A stretch of DNA of 64,000 nucleotides from Pseudogymnoascus verrucosus. Taxonomy: Eukaryota. The stretch lies in NCBI GenBank assembly GCA_001662655.1, contig KV460248.1, one strand, 5' to 3'. Under the pieces are notes generated by a model. The model saw only the letters and a list, made by a program, of their open reading frames with translations. It was not told the DNA's origin and searched no databases. Every line of letters starts with the position of its first letter. Positions within the stretch are counted from its first letter, which is position 1. Position numbers and translations under genes: made by a program. Shown in pieces: positions 1 through 11,916 of this stretch.

Positions 1-150
1 GAACGACCAACCTAAAAGTTGGTGGTTCGGCCGGCCAGTTGGCCAACCAGAATAGTTAGTGGTTGGGCCGGAACATATATAATATGTGTATTATTTTATA
101 TCTACAGACAACTCCCCTCCTCCCCGCCAAAAAAAAATCCGTTTATACTC

Positions 151-1837
151 TCAAGCCTGCACCCCAGTAACCTCAAACCCATCAATCGCACCTTTTAGCA
201 CCTCCACCCTCCTTGGCACAAAATACGCTGTATACCTCTCCGGCATCGCCACCAAGCTCGTCGGGTCCGAATTCCCCGTCAACGGATGCGCATCCACGCC
301 ATCCGCGCTCTTGATCTCAAAGGCGTTCAACATGCGGATAAACACAAGATACAGCTCCCTATTTGCCAGCAGCGAGCCAGCACACATGCGGTACCCCATG
401 CCGTAAGTGAACATCGGCGCATCGGGCTGCTCGAGCCAGCGCTCGGGGCGGAAGACGGAGGGATCGCTCCACACAGCGGAATCCATGTTGCAGGCCCATG
501 CGTTGAGGAAATAGACTGTCTTGGCGGGGATGACGATGCCGTCGTAGGTTACGTCTTTGATGGAGACACGGGGGAGGGCGAGACGGAGGACGGTGAAGTA
601 GCTGGGGGATGTTAGTGGATAAACATATGGAGGAAGGGGTGGGGTTAACATACCGGAGGCATTCGCGGACAAGGGCGACGATGTAGCGGCATTTTTGGTC
701 GTCTTGGGCGTCACATAGGGGCTCGTCGGGGGTGTAGAACTCGGCGATTTCCGCCCATGCTTTCTTTTGGATATCAGGTCGTTGTGCGAGGAGTGCGACG
801 CTCCATTGGAGGAGGGTTGTGACTGTGTCGAGGCCGCCGGAAAGCATGGTGAGACTGATGGATGTGAGTTCAGCATCGTTGAGTTGTGTCTCCTTGTCGA
901 GGATGACGTTGGCTTGGATGCATGGTTTGTGTGTGCCCTTCTCCATGCGCTCCTCGAGGCCCTTGTTCAGACCCTTCAAGTACACGTCGCGACGGCTTCT
1001 CATCTCACGTGCCTTCTTAGAGCCGAAGCTGAAGGGGTTCAGACGTAGGATAGGTATAAAATCCTGGAGGTTGCCGGTTGTGCTGCGAAATCTGCTGACT
1101 TCTTCCTCGACGTGGGTGATTTCTTTGAAGAGTGCATCGTTCTGGCTGCCCATGCGGACACCCCAGTTCAGAGTCAAGGCAAGACTGAGACTCAGGCGTT
1201 GGATACAGGGCAAGGGATCAACACCGACGGTTCCTTCTTTGCCATATGTGAGGAGCTCGGACAAGAAGTCCTTGGTTTCGATGTCCAAATGTGGGATATA
1301 GGTTTGTACAGAGGGGCGGTTGAGCGCGGAGGCGGCTCCCTTCCGGCGGCGCTTCAATGAATCACTATAAGGGGATGTTCCAATGGTAGTTCCAGCAGTG
1401 TCAGAAAGAACCTATGAATCAATTTAGTATGAGATATTTTAAGCTTTGCACAATTGGGACCTATCAACCTTGTGGAATGTATAAAACTCGGGTCTCGAGC
1501 TCAAAGCCTGGGCGTGTTGGCCAAACAAGACCTTGGCTGAGGCAGCAGAGTTGACAACGACAACTGGGATATTCCCCAGCTGGATCTGGTAAACTGCTCC
1601 ATATGTCTTTGCCCACTCTCTGTATTTCTCAGCTGCATTCACGCGGATCTGCCCAATGTTTCCAATCAATGGGATTCCAGAAGGCCCTTTCATCCCCGGA
1701 ATGCGTGCTTGTCGACGCACAAACTCATTTATGACGACATAAGTAATTGGAACGAAGACGACTAGAATGGCAAGGAATTGAAAGGGGCTCTCTTGAGCAG
1801 CACCCAAGGAGGCTGAGACGATGCTTCCTATCGCCAT
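151..1837 (-). CDS. Cytochrome P450, CYP504 family (phenylacetate/3-hydroxyphenylacetate hydroxylase-like); 3 exons
   Basis: Exons 1837-1469, 1411-654 and 601-151 join in phase over GT..AG introns (1468-1412, 653-602). N-terminal TM anchor plus PxxP hinge, I-helix GGLDT, ExLR (RECLRYFTVLRLALPR), PERW and heme motif FTYGMGYRMCAG. From memory the LRLALPR segment is closer to PhacB/CYP504B than to PhacA. Confidence 0.9.
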
Positions 1838-2052
1838 CTTGTCGCTGGGCTATGGGCTCCTCTAAAATGTAGCGGGACGAGTGCAGTGAAAGCCGCAGTG
1901 AGGGAGGCACTTGACAGCTTTGCACGATAAAATTTTAGTAGATGAAGATAGCCAAAAGTTATGGAAGTATAGGAACCCTTGATAATACTGTAAGAGCTTC
2001 GAACCATGAATTACAACAGCTATCTTTAAAGTGTGATTTCGTGCAGCTTCAC

Positions 2053-2224
2053 CGGAACACGTTCCGCTTCTGCATATCGCCTCTCCTGCACCATTATATG
2101 CCGTTGAACAACCCCGCGATTAGATTTGGAGAGCAAAGCAAGTTAGAGTATGCTTGCCAAAATAATGCCATGGGGGAGTGGATTGTGGGGAAGTGGACCA
2201 TACCGCCCGGCGGAACAGGTTCCG
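2053..2224. promoter_or_regulatory. Two copies of the spaced palindrome CGGAAC-N2-GTTCCG (candidate Zn2Cys6 sites) in a divergent promoter
   Basis: CGGAACacGTTCCG at 2053-2066 and CGGAACagGTTCCG at 2211-2224, between the P450 ATG (1837) and the SDR ATG (2522). Confidence 0.6.
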
Positions 2225-2521
2225 CGACTGTATATCGCTCCCATTGCACCATTTTTGGCCATACTTTTTGAACATCGTGCTCCTTGTAATCGAGAAGCGA
2301 CTGTTGGTAATCTCGTGCCTATCATTCCTATTCTATCTCTAAAATTCATTGGATTAGAAGAGTGAGACAACGAGTTGCATTAGCGAGCGTACAACAGTCC
2401 TTACCCTATCTCAAAGTTGTGTGTTAGGTGAACATTTTGGCGATAGCCAAGCGTATAGTACATAACTCATCTACCTTTTAAGAAATATTAAATTCTCGTT
2501 AACCTCCTCTTCCTACTCACT

Positions 2522-3550
2522 ATGGCGGGCAAGGGCTCCGTCTTCCTCCTCGGCCCAGGTTTCATTGGACTTGGAGTCCTCAAAGAGCTCCTCCATGAGG
2601 GGTACCAGGTCACAGTCCTAGTCCGGAAAGAAGAAGCAAGAGCAGGCCTCGAGAAGCTGGGGACTAAAACTATACTCGGATCGCTGGATGATGGCGATGT
2701 AATCCGCAATGCCGCCGCCGCTGCCGACATCGTGATACACACCGCGACAGCCGATCACGAGCCCTCAGCCGTTTCCATCCTCGAGGGCATCAACGAGCGC
2801 GCAAAGGCTGGGAAGAGCTCTATCTACATCCACACCAGCGGCTGCAGTGTCATCACTGATAAATCCAACGGTGCATATGCCAGTGACAAGATCTATGAAG
2901 ATGACAAGCCCGAGACGATTGACAGCGTAGCGGACGATGCGCCCCACCGCACCATTGACCTGGCCATCCTCAAGCGCCGGGCCGAACTGGGAGCTAAAGC
3001 TAAGATCGCGATTATGTTCCCGCCGCTGATCTATGGGCTGGGCCAGGAGAACCGCCTCTCGATCCAGCTACCGACCATGGCGCGCTTCGCACTCAAGCAC
3101 GGCTACCCGGGGTATGTGGGAAAGGGCAAGGCGGTCTGGCGACACATCCACGTCGCCGATCTGGCGCGGGGCTACATGACCATTTTGCACCACATGGAAT
3201 CCTCGTCTGGGGAGGAGGTGCTCAAGAACCCGTACTTCTTCTCCGAGAACGGGGAGGACTATTCGTGGGAGGCGTGTGCTGAGATGATTGGGAAGGCGCT
3301 GAAGCAGGCGGGCAAGATCGAGGATTCGACGCCGAGGGAGATTCCGGAGGAGCTGTATGGTGATCTCTTTAAGGAGTGGTCTGTCCCGGTCATTGGGCAA
3401 AATTCGAGGAACCGTGCCAATAGATTGCGTGCGCTGGGCTGGGAACCCCGTGAGAAGTCGACCTTCGATTCGCTGATGTCGGATGAGTTGCCTCTCCTGC
3501 TGGCTGAGACGGGAGAGTTCAATGGCTACGCAGCAGCTGTTGCTTCCTAG
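2522..3550 (+). CDS. NAD(P)-binding Rossmann protein, extended/atypical SDR (epimerase/dehydratase-like)
   Basis: Intronless 342-aa ORF with N-terminal VFLLGPGFIG, DIVIHTA, YIHTSG, PPLIYG and IHVADLARGY motifs. Confidence 0.88.
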   Translation: MAGKGSVFLLGPGFIGLGVLKELLHEGYQVTVLVRKEEARAGLEKLGTKTILGSLDDGDVIRNAAAAADIVIHTATADHEPSAVSILEGINERAKAGKSSIYIHTSGCSVITDKSNGAYASDKIYEDDKPETIDSVADDAPHRTIDLAILKRRAELGAKAKIAIMFPPLIYGLGQENRLSIQLPTMARFALKHGYPGYVGKGKAVWRHIHVADLARGYMTILHHMESSSGEEVLKNPYFFSENGEDYSWEACAEMIGKALKQAGKIEDSTPREIPEELYGDLFKEWSVPVIGQNSRNRANRLRALGWEPREKSTFDSLMSDELPLLLAETGEFNGYAAAVAS

Positions 3551-4196
3551 TTCTGTATGCCGCTCAATAGCTAATAGCACTGCTAAAAGCAAATATAAAA
3601 AATCGTGAGTCCAACATTACAGTAATGAGCACCTCGTAGTCCGTGGATCAAGCGTTTGCCTCCAATATCAACCGCACTCCATTCTTTCACTGCTCCTGGC
3701 ATCCCAACGTGCAGTAAAGTCTCTATAATCCATTGATTATTAGGGATCCCGCGCTCTCAAGGCAAACAGATAAGAGTTAAATAGTTAATTGATTGCTGCT
3801 ATTAACAACCTCTAGCAATTGATGCCAAGTCAATATACCACTGTGATCCCAGTTTGCCGAGCACAATTTGGGCCAGGCCGCCCCAGCTGTCACAAATTAC
3901 CCACTTCGACTCCACCTAGAAAACATGATATGGCCACAGTTGTGGCTTGCACGATTGATTGATTTTCAATATACAAATTCCCAAAAAGACACTTCTTAAT
4001 CTTCAAGGTTGTTCCCGTACTATAAATAGGCAAAAGAAGCCAAAGGCGACTGAGACTTACCGCACTTTTGTCTCACTTCGCTCGGGATTGATGTCAAAGA
4101 CAAACCTCGTCCGACACATTTAACATATCCTACACTTCAGCACCCGGGCAATAACACTACAACTTGCCGATACATACAACCCAAACTTCATTCGCA

Positions 4197-4855
4197 ATGC
4201 TATCCTCGCCAATATTCCGTGCGACGATACAGTCATGCCTCCTCTCCGCATCAAGTAACGTGCTCGCCCAAACCATCAGCGCATACCGAACCAACGTAAC
4301 CTCCCCACCCCTCTCTGTCAACAGCACCACTAACACACCCCGCAGTCACCCTACACCATATCCTGGACGCCCGTCCTCCACTTCATCATCTACACCGCTC
4401 TCAACTGCCCCCCCAACTTCCTCTGGCAACAGCTCCTGGAGTCTCTCTTCCCCAGCCGGACTCTACGCCCCTCCCCCGCCGCCATCGCCGCCGCATCGTC
4501 CAACGACGACAAGGAGCTCGACTCTGAGGAAGCCACCCACTCGATCGTGGAGCCGCGTCTCAATGGCCGCAACACCGTGCTGAAGTTCCTTATTGATCAG
4601 AGCGCGGGTGGCGCGGCCAACACCATCGCATTCATCATGATCATGGCTGGGCTGCGCGGCGCGAGTTGGGAAGAGGCGTGGTATCAAGTTCAGTTCGAGT
4701 TTTGGCCGCTGATGGTCGCTGGTGCCAGGCTGTGGCCGCTGGTGAGTCTGATTAATTTTACGGTTCTGGAGACGGTGGAGGCGAGGAATTTGCTGGGGAG
4801 TTTGGCGGGGATGGCTTGGGGTGTGTATTTGAGTCTTGTGGCGGCGAGCCCGTGA
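4197..4855 (+). CDS. Mpv17/PMP22 family membrane protein; 2 exons
   Basis: ATG 4197, intron 4296-4345 (GTAACC..CTAAC..CAG). Product contains SNVLAQ, CPPNFLWQ, KFLIDQ, LWPLVSLINF and WGVYLSL, typical of the family. Confidence 0.85.
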
Positions 4856-5137
4856 TGCTCTCTAAAAACAGCCCTAGTTATTATCTATGGGGCAAGCTCA
4901 TGTGGTAGACGGTGTCTCAGCGTTCTTTAATGCATGGCTCTTACTTCTATGAATACAGATTCAACAACATTGGCCACGTTTGATTGATAGCTGGATGCCT
5001 TGAGCCTCCGGCCTTACATCTTTGATATATCATGGCAAAGTCTAGTCTAGACCTCTTTCCTACGGAAACAAAGTGACATAATGCCACCACCACCCTGCCA
5101 TACGACGTTTTCTAGCCCCTATTATCCCCCTCCATCC

Positions 5138-5234
5138 CCTCTTCTCCCCCCTCTTCTCTCCCCTGTTCTCTCCCCTCTTCTCTCCCTTCTTCTCTCCCCT
5201 CTTCTCTCCCCTCTTCTCTCCCCTCTTCTCTCCC
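5138..5234 (+). repeat. 12-bp pyrimidine minisatellite (CCTCTTCTCTCC)n, about 8 copies
   Basis: Directly visible tandem array with single substitutions. Confidence 0.85.
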
Positions 5235-5448
5235 ACTCACCCCATACCTAGCTCAACTTTCACAAGAATCAGCCCCCTCCTTCGTGCCTCCGCGGCGGCG
5301 ACAGAAGCGCCATGCATCTCCTAGCAAAAGCCATTGTCCACTCCTTGAAGTGGTTGAAAGAGGGAGGATACCCACGCGACAATTTTATTTCAGAAGAAAC
5401 GAGGGTTTGGGCATAAACCGATTTACTGTGATTGATGTTAGAAGGAAG

Positions 5449-5556
5449 GAACGACCAGACGTCTGAACGAACTACTGCAACGAAGATCACTTGAGGAAAG
5501 AGCGACCAGACTTCTGAATGAACTAGTGCAACGAGGATCACTCGAGGGAGGAACGA
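5449..5556 (+). repeat. 51-bp tandem duplication (about 2 copies)
   Basis: cgaccagac..tctgaa.gaacta.tgcaacga.gatcact.gagg starts at 5452 and again at 5503. Confidence 0.8.
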
Positions 5557-5761
5557 ACATCTCGTTGTCAACAAGGGAAGGAGCACAGGCACTGGCAAGG
5601 ACAACGTAATCAAAATATGTGAACAAACGAATATCAAATCAACAAAAGCCAGCGTCACAAATCAATAATGAAAAGCAATCGGTTTCAATCTAATTGATTG
5701 TCTAACGGCTCTCCTATCTACAATAGTACAGTGGAAGTAGAAAATGGCAACTCTATAACAT

Positions 5762-6560
5762 TTAAAGTACAGACAAGTCGCCGAATTTCTCCTGTATACT
5801 GTATTAGTACATGTTTTCCTGAAAGCAAGACAACTGTCAACAGTTGTTTTACGTACCTTGTAGCCTGGAACGCCCCAGCGTCCCTTGGAGACGAGCTGGG
5901 TGGTTCTCTCGTCGATATCTGGGCGGGCGGCGGCAACCTCGTCCTGGAGAAAAATGTCAGCCACCATCCATAAACACCATTGTATCCGGCACTACATACT
6001 ACAGTGAGGTCCTCGAATGGGCGGGCGTCCTGGATGTTCTTGAGGGTCTTCTCCAAATCCTTGAGCTCGAGGTCGACTCTGCTCTTGGTCTCCTCAGCGT
6101 TCTTGATGGCCTGGGTCTCGAAGGTCTCGATGGCCTTGACCTGGCGGGAAACGTCGTAGGTGGCTGGCTTGAACGACTTGAAGTGGTTCTCTATGGAGTC
6201 AACGACGGCCTGGTTCTTGAGAGTCGCGCGGTAGTGGCTGAAGTCGACAGTGGATGGGGCCTCGGAAAGCTGCTGGAGCTTGCGGCGGGCATCCTCGTTG
6301 CGCTTCTTGAAGGCGTGGAGGGAGGCGACGGTCTGGCCGCGGAGCCCAAGGCTCGTGGTGACTGCTTGCCAGTCAAGCTTGAGAGCTGCGCTACGCTGTT
6401 GGTGATGCTGTCAGCTTGTTGTTCTCGAATAGATCTCAGGGTCAGGAAGAAGTTGATCGCTCCCCAGCGGATGCCGCGGCGCCTTCTTTCCGACCCTGAA
6501 AACTCTATCTAGTAGCTCGCTCCAATTCAATTGACTGATTGCACTTACTCCGGCTGACAT
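5762..6560 (-). CDS. ATP7: Mitochondrial ATP synthase subunit d; 4 exons
   Basis: [82 protein letters not shown], with canonical introns. Confidence 0.95.
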
Positions 6561-7005
6561 TGTGAAGGTGACGCGATTGAACGATGGGGGAGTTGATGAT
6601 CGTGGTATCTCAAGGGTGCAGAACTCATTCGGCTGAAGCTAACTCGGTTATATATTTCACGTGACCGCACCCGACTTTTGTTCCAATATAACGAATACAG
6701 GGACCTACAAAGTAATGAGAGTTTTAAGGATCAGCTACATTTACATGTGGCTAAAAATCACAGTGTTTGGTTTATTGAAGTAGGCATAGCATAGATGGAG
6801 ATTGTTTTGAAGAGGCCATAATAAAATGGCATTTTGGTCTGGTCTGGTTCATACATGCTCTCGGAATCTGCACTTGCCCATCTACTACTTTACAAATCCT
6901 GTAATAGAAACGGCTGTCCATATCATATTACTGCTTTATTGCACATTGTACAAAAGCTAGGTAGATAACAAGGCGTCAGGCGCTGAACAATTGTCCCGTC
7001 CGAAC

Positions 7006-7789
7006 CTATATACTGAGAGCCATGATCGAGTTGACTATGTCACTGTCGTTCTCTTTCAATGCCTTGACAGCCTTGTTGCGGGAAACGTTTGCCTGGGTCA
7101 TGACAAGCTCGATATCCTTGTCCTCAAGTCCCTCTGCGTCAACCTCCTCATCATCTTCCTCCTCCTCCTTCTTCTCGTCAGCGGCCTCGACAGCCTTGCC
7201 CTTGCCGTGGTCGTGGGAGTGGTCGTGACCGGCGTGGTCGTGGCCAGCGTGGTCGTGGGTGTCAGCAGCTGCGAGCTGTTGGGCGGCAGATGCCTGTGCC
7301 TGGGAGTTGAGGTCCTCAATCTTGGCCTCACCGAAGACGCTAAGAGTAAATTGTAAGTATACATGCCAAACACCTTGGAGAAGCAATTGGTATCTTACAT
7401 GTAGGTGTTGCTGTTGGGCGACTTGTAGACCTCTGGCTGGTTGATGACAAAGAGGATCTGGTAGACAGTTAGATCGGATGTTTTACGGCAATATATATCT
7501 GCTGGCCTGAACAAACTTCGCAGTCTGCCTAAGGGGCTTCCGTGCTACGTACGTTCTTTGGGCGTCTCAGGGTAACTCTGGTGATGCCTGGGACTCTGAC
7601 CAAGCCGAGTTTGGCAATCGACTTGCGGGCCTTCTTCTCATTGCGAGAGTGGACAACGGCGGTGGCGCCGGCTGGGATGGACTCTCCGGTCTCGACCTCG
7701 GAATCGGAGTCGTCAGATGCTTCCTCCTCTGCCACAACCTGCTTGGGCACCTCCTCGTCGTTCAGTTCTTCGATGCGTGGGTTAGACAT
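7006..7789 (-). CDS. EGD2: Nascent polypeptide-associated complex subunit alpha; 3 coding exons
   Basis: [42 protein letters not shown]..|[10 protein letters not shown] and a C-terminal UBA-like [34 protein letters not shown]. Confidence 0.96.
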
Positions 7790-8383
7790 GGTGAGAGCTG
7801 TGAGGACCTTGTATTAGCTGTGGTGTTCTTCTGGCAGGTTCCTGACGAAATTCCAAAATTGTGCGGGCGCCATTGCTCAATTTTGACTGGTCGTCTCTTC
7901 ACGGAATCGCAAATAATAGCTGTACAAAAACGGGCAGCAACATACCTTGGGATCTTTAATGTACTGGAGCTGGAGTCAAATTATTGTAACCTCGTCGGTG
8001 TTGTCGATAGAATGTTAGGGTTCGCACGCAGTTTATCAATTCGGCTAAGCCTAAACGAGTAGGCGGGCATAATTTCTGAACATTTCAAGGTGACGGCTAC
8101 GCCGTACGTACCTGACCCTTATGTAGGTAGGACATGTACGGTAATTACAGATTACAGACTGGCTAATGTACAATTAAATTTGGGCTTATGTCACTTCACA
8201 AATAGGTCTCTCAAAAATAGGCATAAAACCGCTTTGCTGGGACTGAGTTCCGGATAGTCTTTGATGTTCATATGCATTTGACGCCTGCCTTCTTTGACGT
8301 AGCATACAAGGCTTCCGAATAAGCTAAGGAACCCAGCAACCCATGCATTTCATGATCACGCTCCCCGTGCCATAAAGATCCCC

Positions 8384-8884
8384 TTATTTCGCAGCTGCCT
8401 TGACCTTGGCCAACGACTTCCTGACCTCGAAACGTGCCTGCTTCCTCAGTCTCAGAACCTTGAAGCGCTCGAAATCGGTGAGTGCGCGACGGCGCTCCTT
8501 CTGGGCGCGCTTCTTTGCCCATGCGCTCTCCTGCCACTTGGCCTCGATGCCAGCCTTCTCCCATGCAGCCTTGACGGTACCGGAGCGGGATCCACGGGGG
8601 AGCTTCTCCAGAACGAGGGGTGTGAGAATGAGACGGGCGAGAGCGATCGACTGGCGGGGAACGGCGGTCTTGGTGTCGGTGGATGGGCCATCAATCAGGA
8701 CCTGCCTGCAGTTAGTATATATGTCCCAGGTGTCTCAGATCTTTTTTGCTGGACGTACGCGCTTGTGGTCGATAATCTCGACAATAGTGGCGAGCTTTCC
8801 ATCTTGGGATCCTCCATCGATGAGAACGATCCTTCCCACCTCGACTAATCTCCAGCTGGAGGCTTTGATCTCAGCGTCTCCCAT
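8384..8884 (-). CDS. RPL14: 60S ribosomal protein L14 (eL14); 2 exons
   Basis: [54 protein letters not shown]; intron 8758-8702; TAA at 8384-8386. Confidence 0.95.
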
Positions 8885-10135
8885 TGTGTTGGCTGTCGAA
8901 GTCGAAAAGCTGGGTGCTGTTTGTTGGGTGCGGATGTCGTGAAGTCGCGATTGGATTCAATCTCGATGTGGGAAAAATTGAAGCGAGCCCTAGCCAGCTT
9001 TCCGCACCACATTTGGTTTAGACTGCACGTGACTAAGCCTAACAGGGATAACGTTATTCCGGCAAGAACTTCTCTTCCAGCTATTTAATAAAACCTATTT
9101 TCTCTTCAACCACGATCCTTCCAAACATTCACCAGTCTCTGGTAGACCACCATTGAATGTTCTATACGAGAACTTTTCAATCTGGTGGCTCAACACCTTA
9201 TTCACTGTATGTTATACCTTCTTCTTTTCTCCCGCAGCTTCAGGTGATGATATAATTTGCGATTGACCTTGCGTTCGTGGGACCCTCGCCGGGGTTTCTA
9301 TACGGCGTGAGAGAGAGATATACCTTTCTTACATATCCTGATTACTGAAGCTCAAGAATGATTTGTTTTCTATATCATTTCTATGTACACATACTGACCT
9401 GTGTCAGAACTTTTAGGATACGATATGCGCAAGCAGTACGTGGGCCCGGAACCAAACGTTTCCATGACGAAGGACTCCTGGGTTCTGGGCCAGCTTGACA
9501 GTTGCCCAATGGTATGTCTTATCTCATTTATCTACAATCACCAACCCAAAATACGTCCAATGATTAAAAAACAAGCACTGAAAATCGTGAAACTCTTCGG
9601 AGTTTATGAACTTTTCTAACCAAGATCACTGAGCTGGACCTTCCCATATATTTCATAATATACAAACTTTACGGTGTTGAACACGTACTAATACTGTCTC
9701 AGGATACTTCCAAACGAACAGTCGTCGCTGTCATGTTCCATGGTCATACCGATATGGGGAATCAGTTTGGCTGCGCTGTTGATGATTCATCCCAGTCACC
9801 CATAATAGTTAATTATATATTGAATAAAGAAGATATACCTCAAATCAGATTATCAAGTGAATACCGTACTGAATAATTGGGTGCTGGTTGTGAACTTATA
9901 AATGCGATACCTTCTCCTCGGGATCAAGAAACCTCTTCCTCATATATTCAACACATACAATGCTCTTCACTACGACTATCCCACCACTATCTGCTTTGAC
10001 GGATCAACACTCAAAAGTATACAAGAGGTAGACCATCTGAGACATATCTTGGCATACATCGCGAGCGCGTCAGGTATTGTTCAACCTCCAAGCTGACATA
10101 TTCCATCACTCACGGCAACTCCGGGAAGTGTGGTA

Positions 10136-10978
10136 ATGAGCTTCCAAAGACCCAGAGACTTTCCAGGTCATAACAGGCCAACCCCGCAGCGTTTTCTTAC
10201 CCCTCTCGGCTGGGCAGTCCGCTTTCCTGATGGCCACATAGTTTACGAGAATCGTATGGGGAGACAGGGGCCCCCAAGAGGTGGCTATCCATCTCCGAGG
10301 CAGTTCCCAGGCCGACATCCAAGGCAGCCCCAGGGGCAGTACCCGGGACAATCTATGGGCGGTTTCCCAGGGCAATCTCAAGGACAATATCCAGGACAAT
10401 CGATGGGAGGCTTCCCAGGACAGCCTCAAGGACAATCGATGGGTGGTCTCCCAGGGCAGCCCCAAGGGCAGTTCCCAGGACAATTCTTTGGTCGATCTCC
10501 AAGCCAGTCTTCAACTCAGTCCTCTAGCCACTTCCCAGGCATGGTCATAACCCAGTCATCAGGACAGATGCCGGGGGTGACTATAATACAGCCTCCTGGT
10601 ACAGGCCAGTCTCCAGTGTTCATATCCCCATATCCGGGGCAAGTCCTCGGCCAAAACCCAGGCAGTCAACCCACGCAGCAACCCGGCGGAGGCTGGTCAG
10701 CGTCGCCAGGGCCGAAACTTCGCCAGCGTTTTCGAACCGGCCCTGAGCGGGTGAGAGTGGCTGAACTCAAGGAGGACGAGATAGATTGTCCGATCTGCTA
10801 CCGAGATTATTACACCGGCGATTCTGAGAATGAATCGGAGGATGCGGTGAGGATAGGGTGCGGACATGTTTATGGGAGGAGGTGCCTGGACAAATGGATT
10901 CAGGAGAATGGTACTTGTCCAACTTGTCGGGGGAAACTGGATCTTGTGGATGATGTCGCTGGAAATCCACAGGTTTAA
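10136..10978 (+). CDS. Variant RING-finger protein (San1-type, Gly at ligand 5) with Q/G/P-rich repeat N-terminus; putative E3 ligase
   Basis: Intronless ORF. C-terminal CPICY..CGHVYGRRCLDKW..CPTCR; N-terminal GQYPGQSMGGFPGQxQ repeats. Confidence 0.8.
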   Translation: MSFQRPRDFPGHNRPTPQRFLTPLGWAVRFPDGHIVYENRMGRQGPPRGGYPSPRQFPGRHPRQPQGQYPGQSMGGFPGQSQGQYPGQSMGGFPGQPQGQSMGGLPGQPQGQFPGQFFGRSPSQSSTQSSSHFPGMVITQSSGQMPGVTIIQPPGTGQSPVFISPYPGQVLGQNPGSQPTQQPGGGWSASPGPKLRQRFRTGPERVRVAELKEDEIDCPICYRDYYTGDSENESEDAVRIGCGHVYGRRCLDKWIQENGTCPTCRGKLDLVDDVAGNPQV

Positions 10979-11744
10979 TTCGACGGGGGTTCGGGCTGAG
11001 TGAGTGCTGAGAGAGGGGACGCATTTTTATATTTCAAAGAAGGGGCACTGCAAGATAGAGGGCCTCAGGAGTTATGGGAGCGTTGAGCGTGTGCCGATAT
11101 GGGTAACTAATGGTTAATAAACTCCACTCAACTTGCTGGATGGCAGGACGATGATTTGGTTATTTTGCTACTGTCTTATTTGTCAAGTAATAGATAGCGA
11201 AGCACAATAAATGCAAGTTATGTACCATACACTATCTCTCATGCTGAATGGCTCTTTCTTGGCGGCAAGGAGAGAAACTCCCAGAATGGGCCATGTGAAT
11301 GCCCTCTTTCCGTGCCGCCCAAGGGTCTGAAGAGGAGCTGTACATAACAACAGCTGGGGATGAGGGGGTTTCTTTTCTTTTTTCTAGCTTTTGATAGTGA
11401 GGCTAGGTTTGGGATGGGGGAGGATGGGGAGGATTCGGGTCTTTCGGGTTGGGGCTGGGGATGTTGACGGGCGAGGGGACAAGAGAGGAGGAGGGGACGA
11501 AGAGGAAAGGAAATCTGGTGGACATGGGATAAGGGGAGAGAGAAGGGGAATAAATTTTGGAGACAGAGAGGGGGAAGGGCAAGAGGAAATCTGGGTGACG
11601 ACATGGGACAAGGGCGGAGGTGAAAGAGGAAATCCGGAGACAGGGAGGGGCCAAAGAGTTCTGTGGATGTGTACTGCAGGTAGAGATTTTGATTTTTTTT
11701 TTAGTTGTGCCGGGGATATTTGCACCCGGCTGCTCTATAATGGC

Positions 11745-11787
11745 GATGATGATGATGCTGATGCTGATGCTGATGCTGATGCTGATT
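11745..11787 (+). repeat. (GAT)n/(GATGCT)n microsatellite
   Basis: gatgatgatgatgctgatgctgatgctgatgctgatgctgat, downstream of FUM1. Confidence 0.85.
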
Positions 11788-11916
11788 ACTTTGTTATTTT
11801 ACATTCCAACCTCCGCCGTGCTCGGCTCCCCCCTTCCGTCACTCCCACCTCTTCCTCCCCCCTCCCCTATTCTAGCCAAAAAACCACCAACTCATAATTC
11901 CTCAGCAACCCCCAAT

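Noticed and set aside
5844..6512. 222-aa plus-strand ORF
   Set aside because: Antisense shadow of ATP7.
7200..7262. His-rich HDHAGHDH linker in NAC-alpha
   Set aside because: A common feature of filamentous-fungal Egd2 as far as I know; not unusual.
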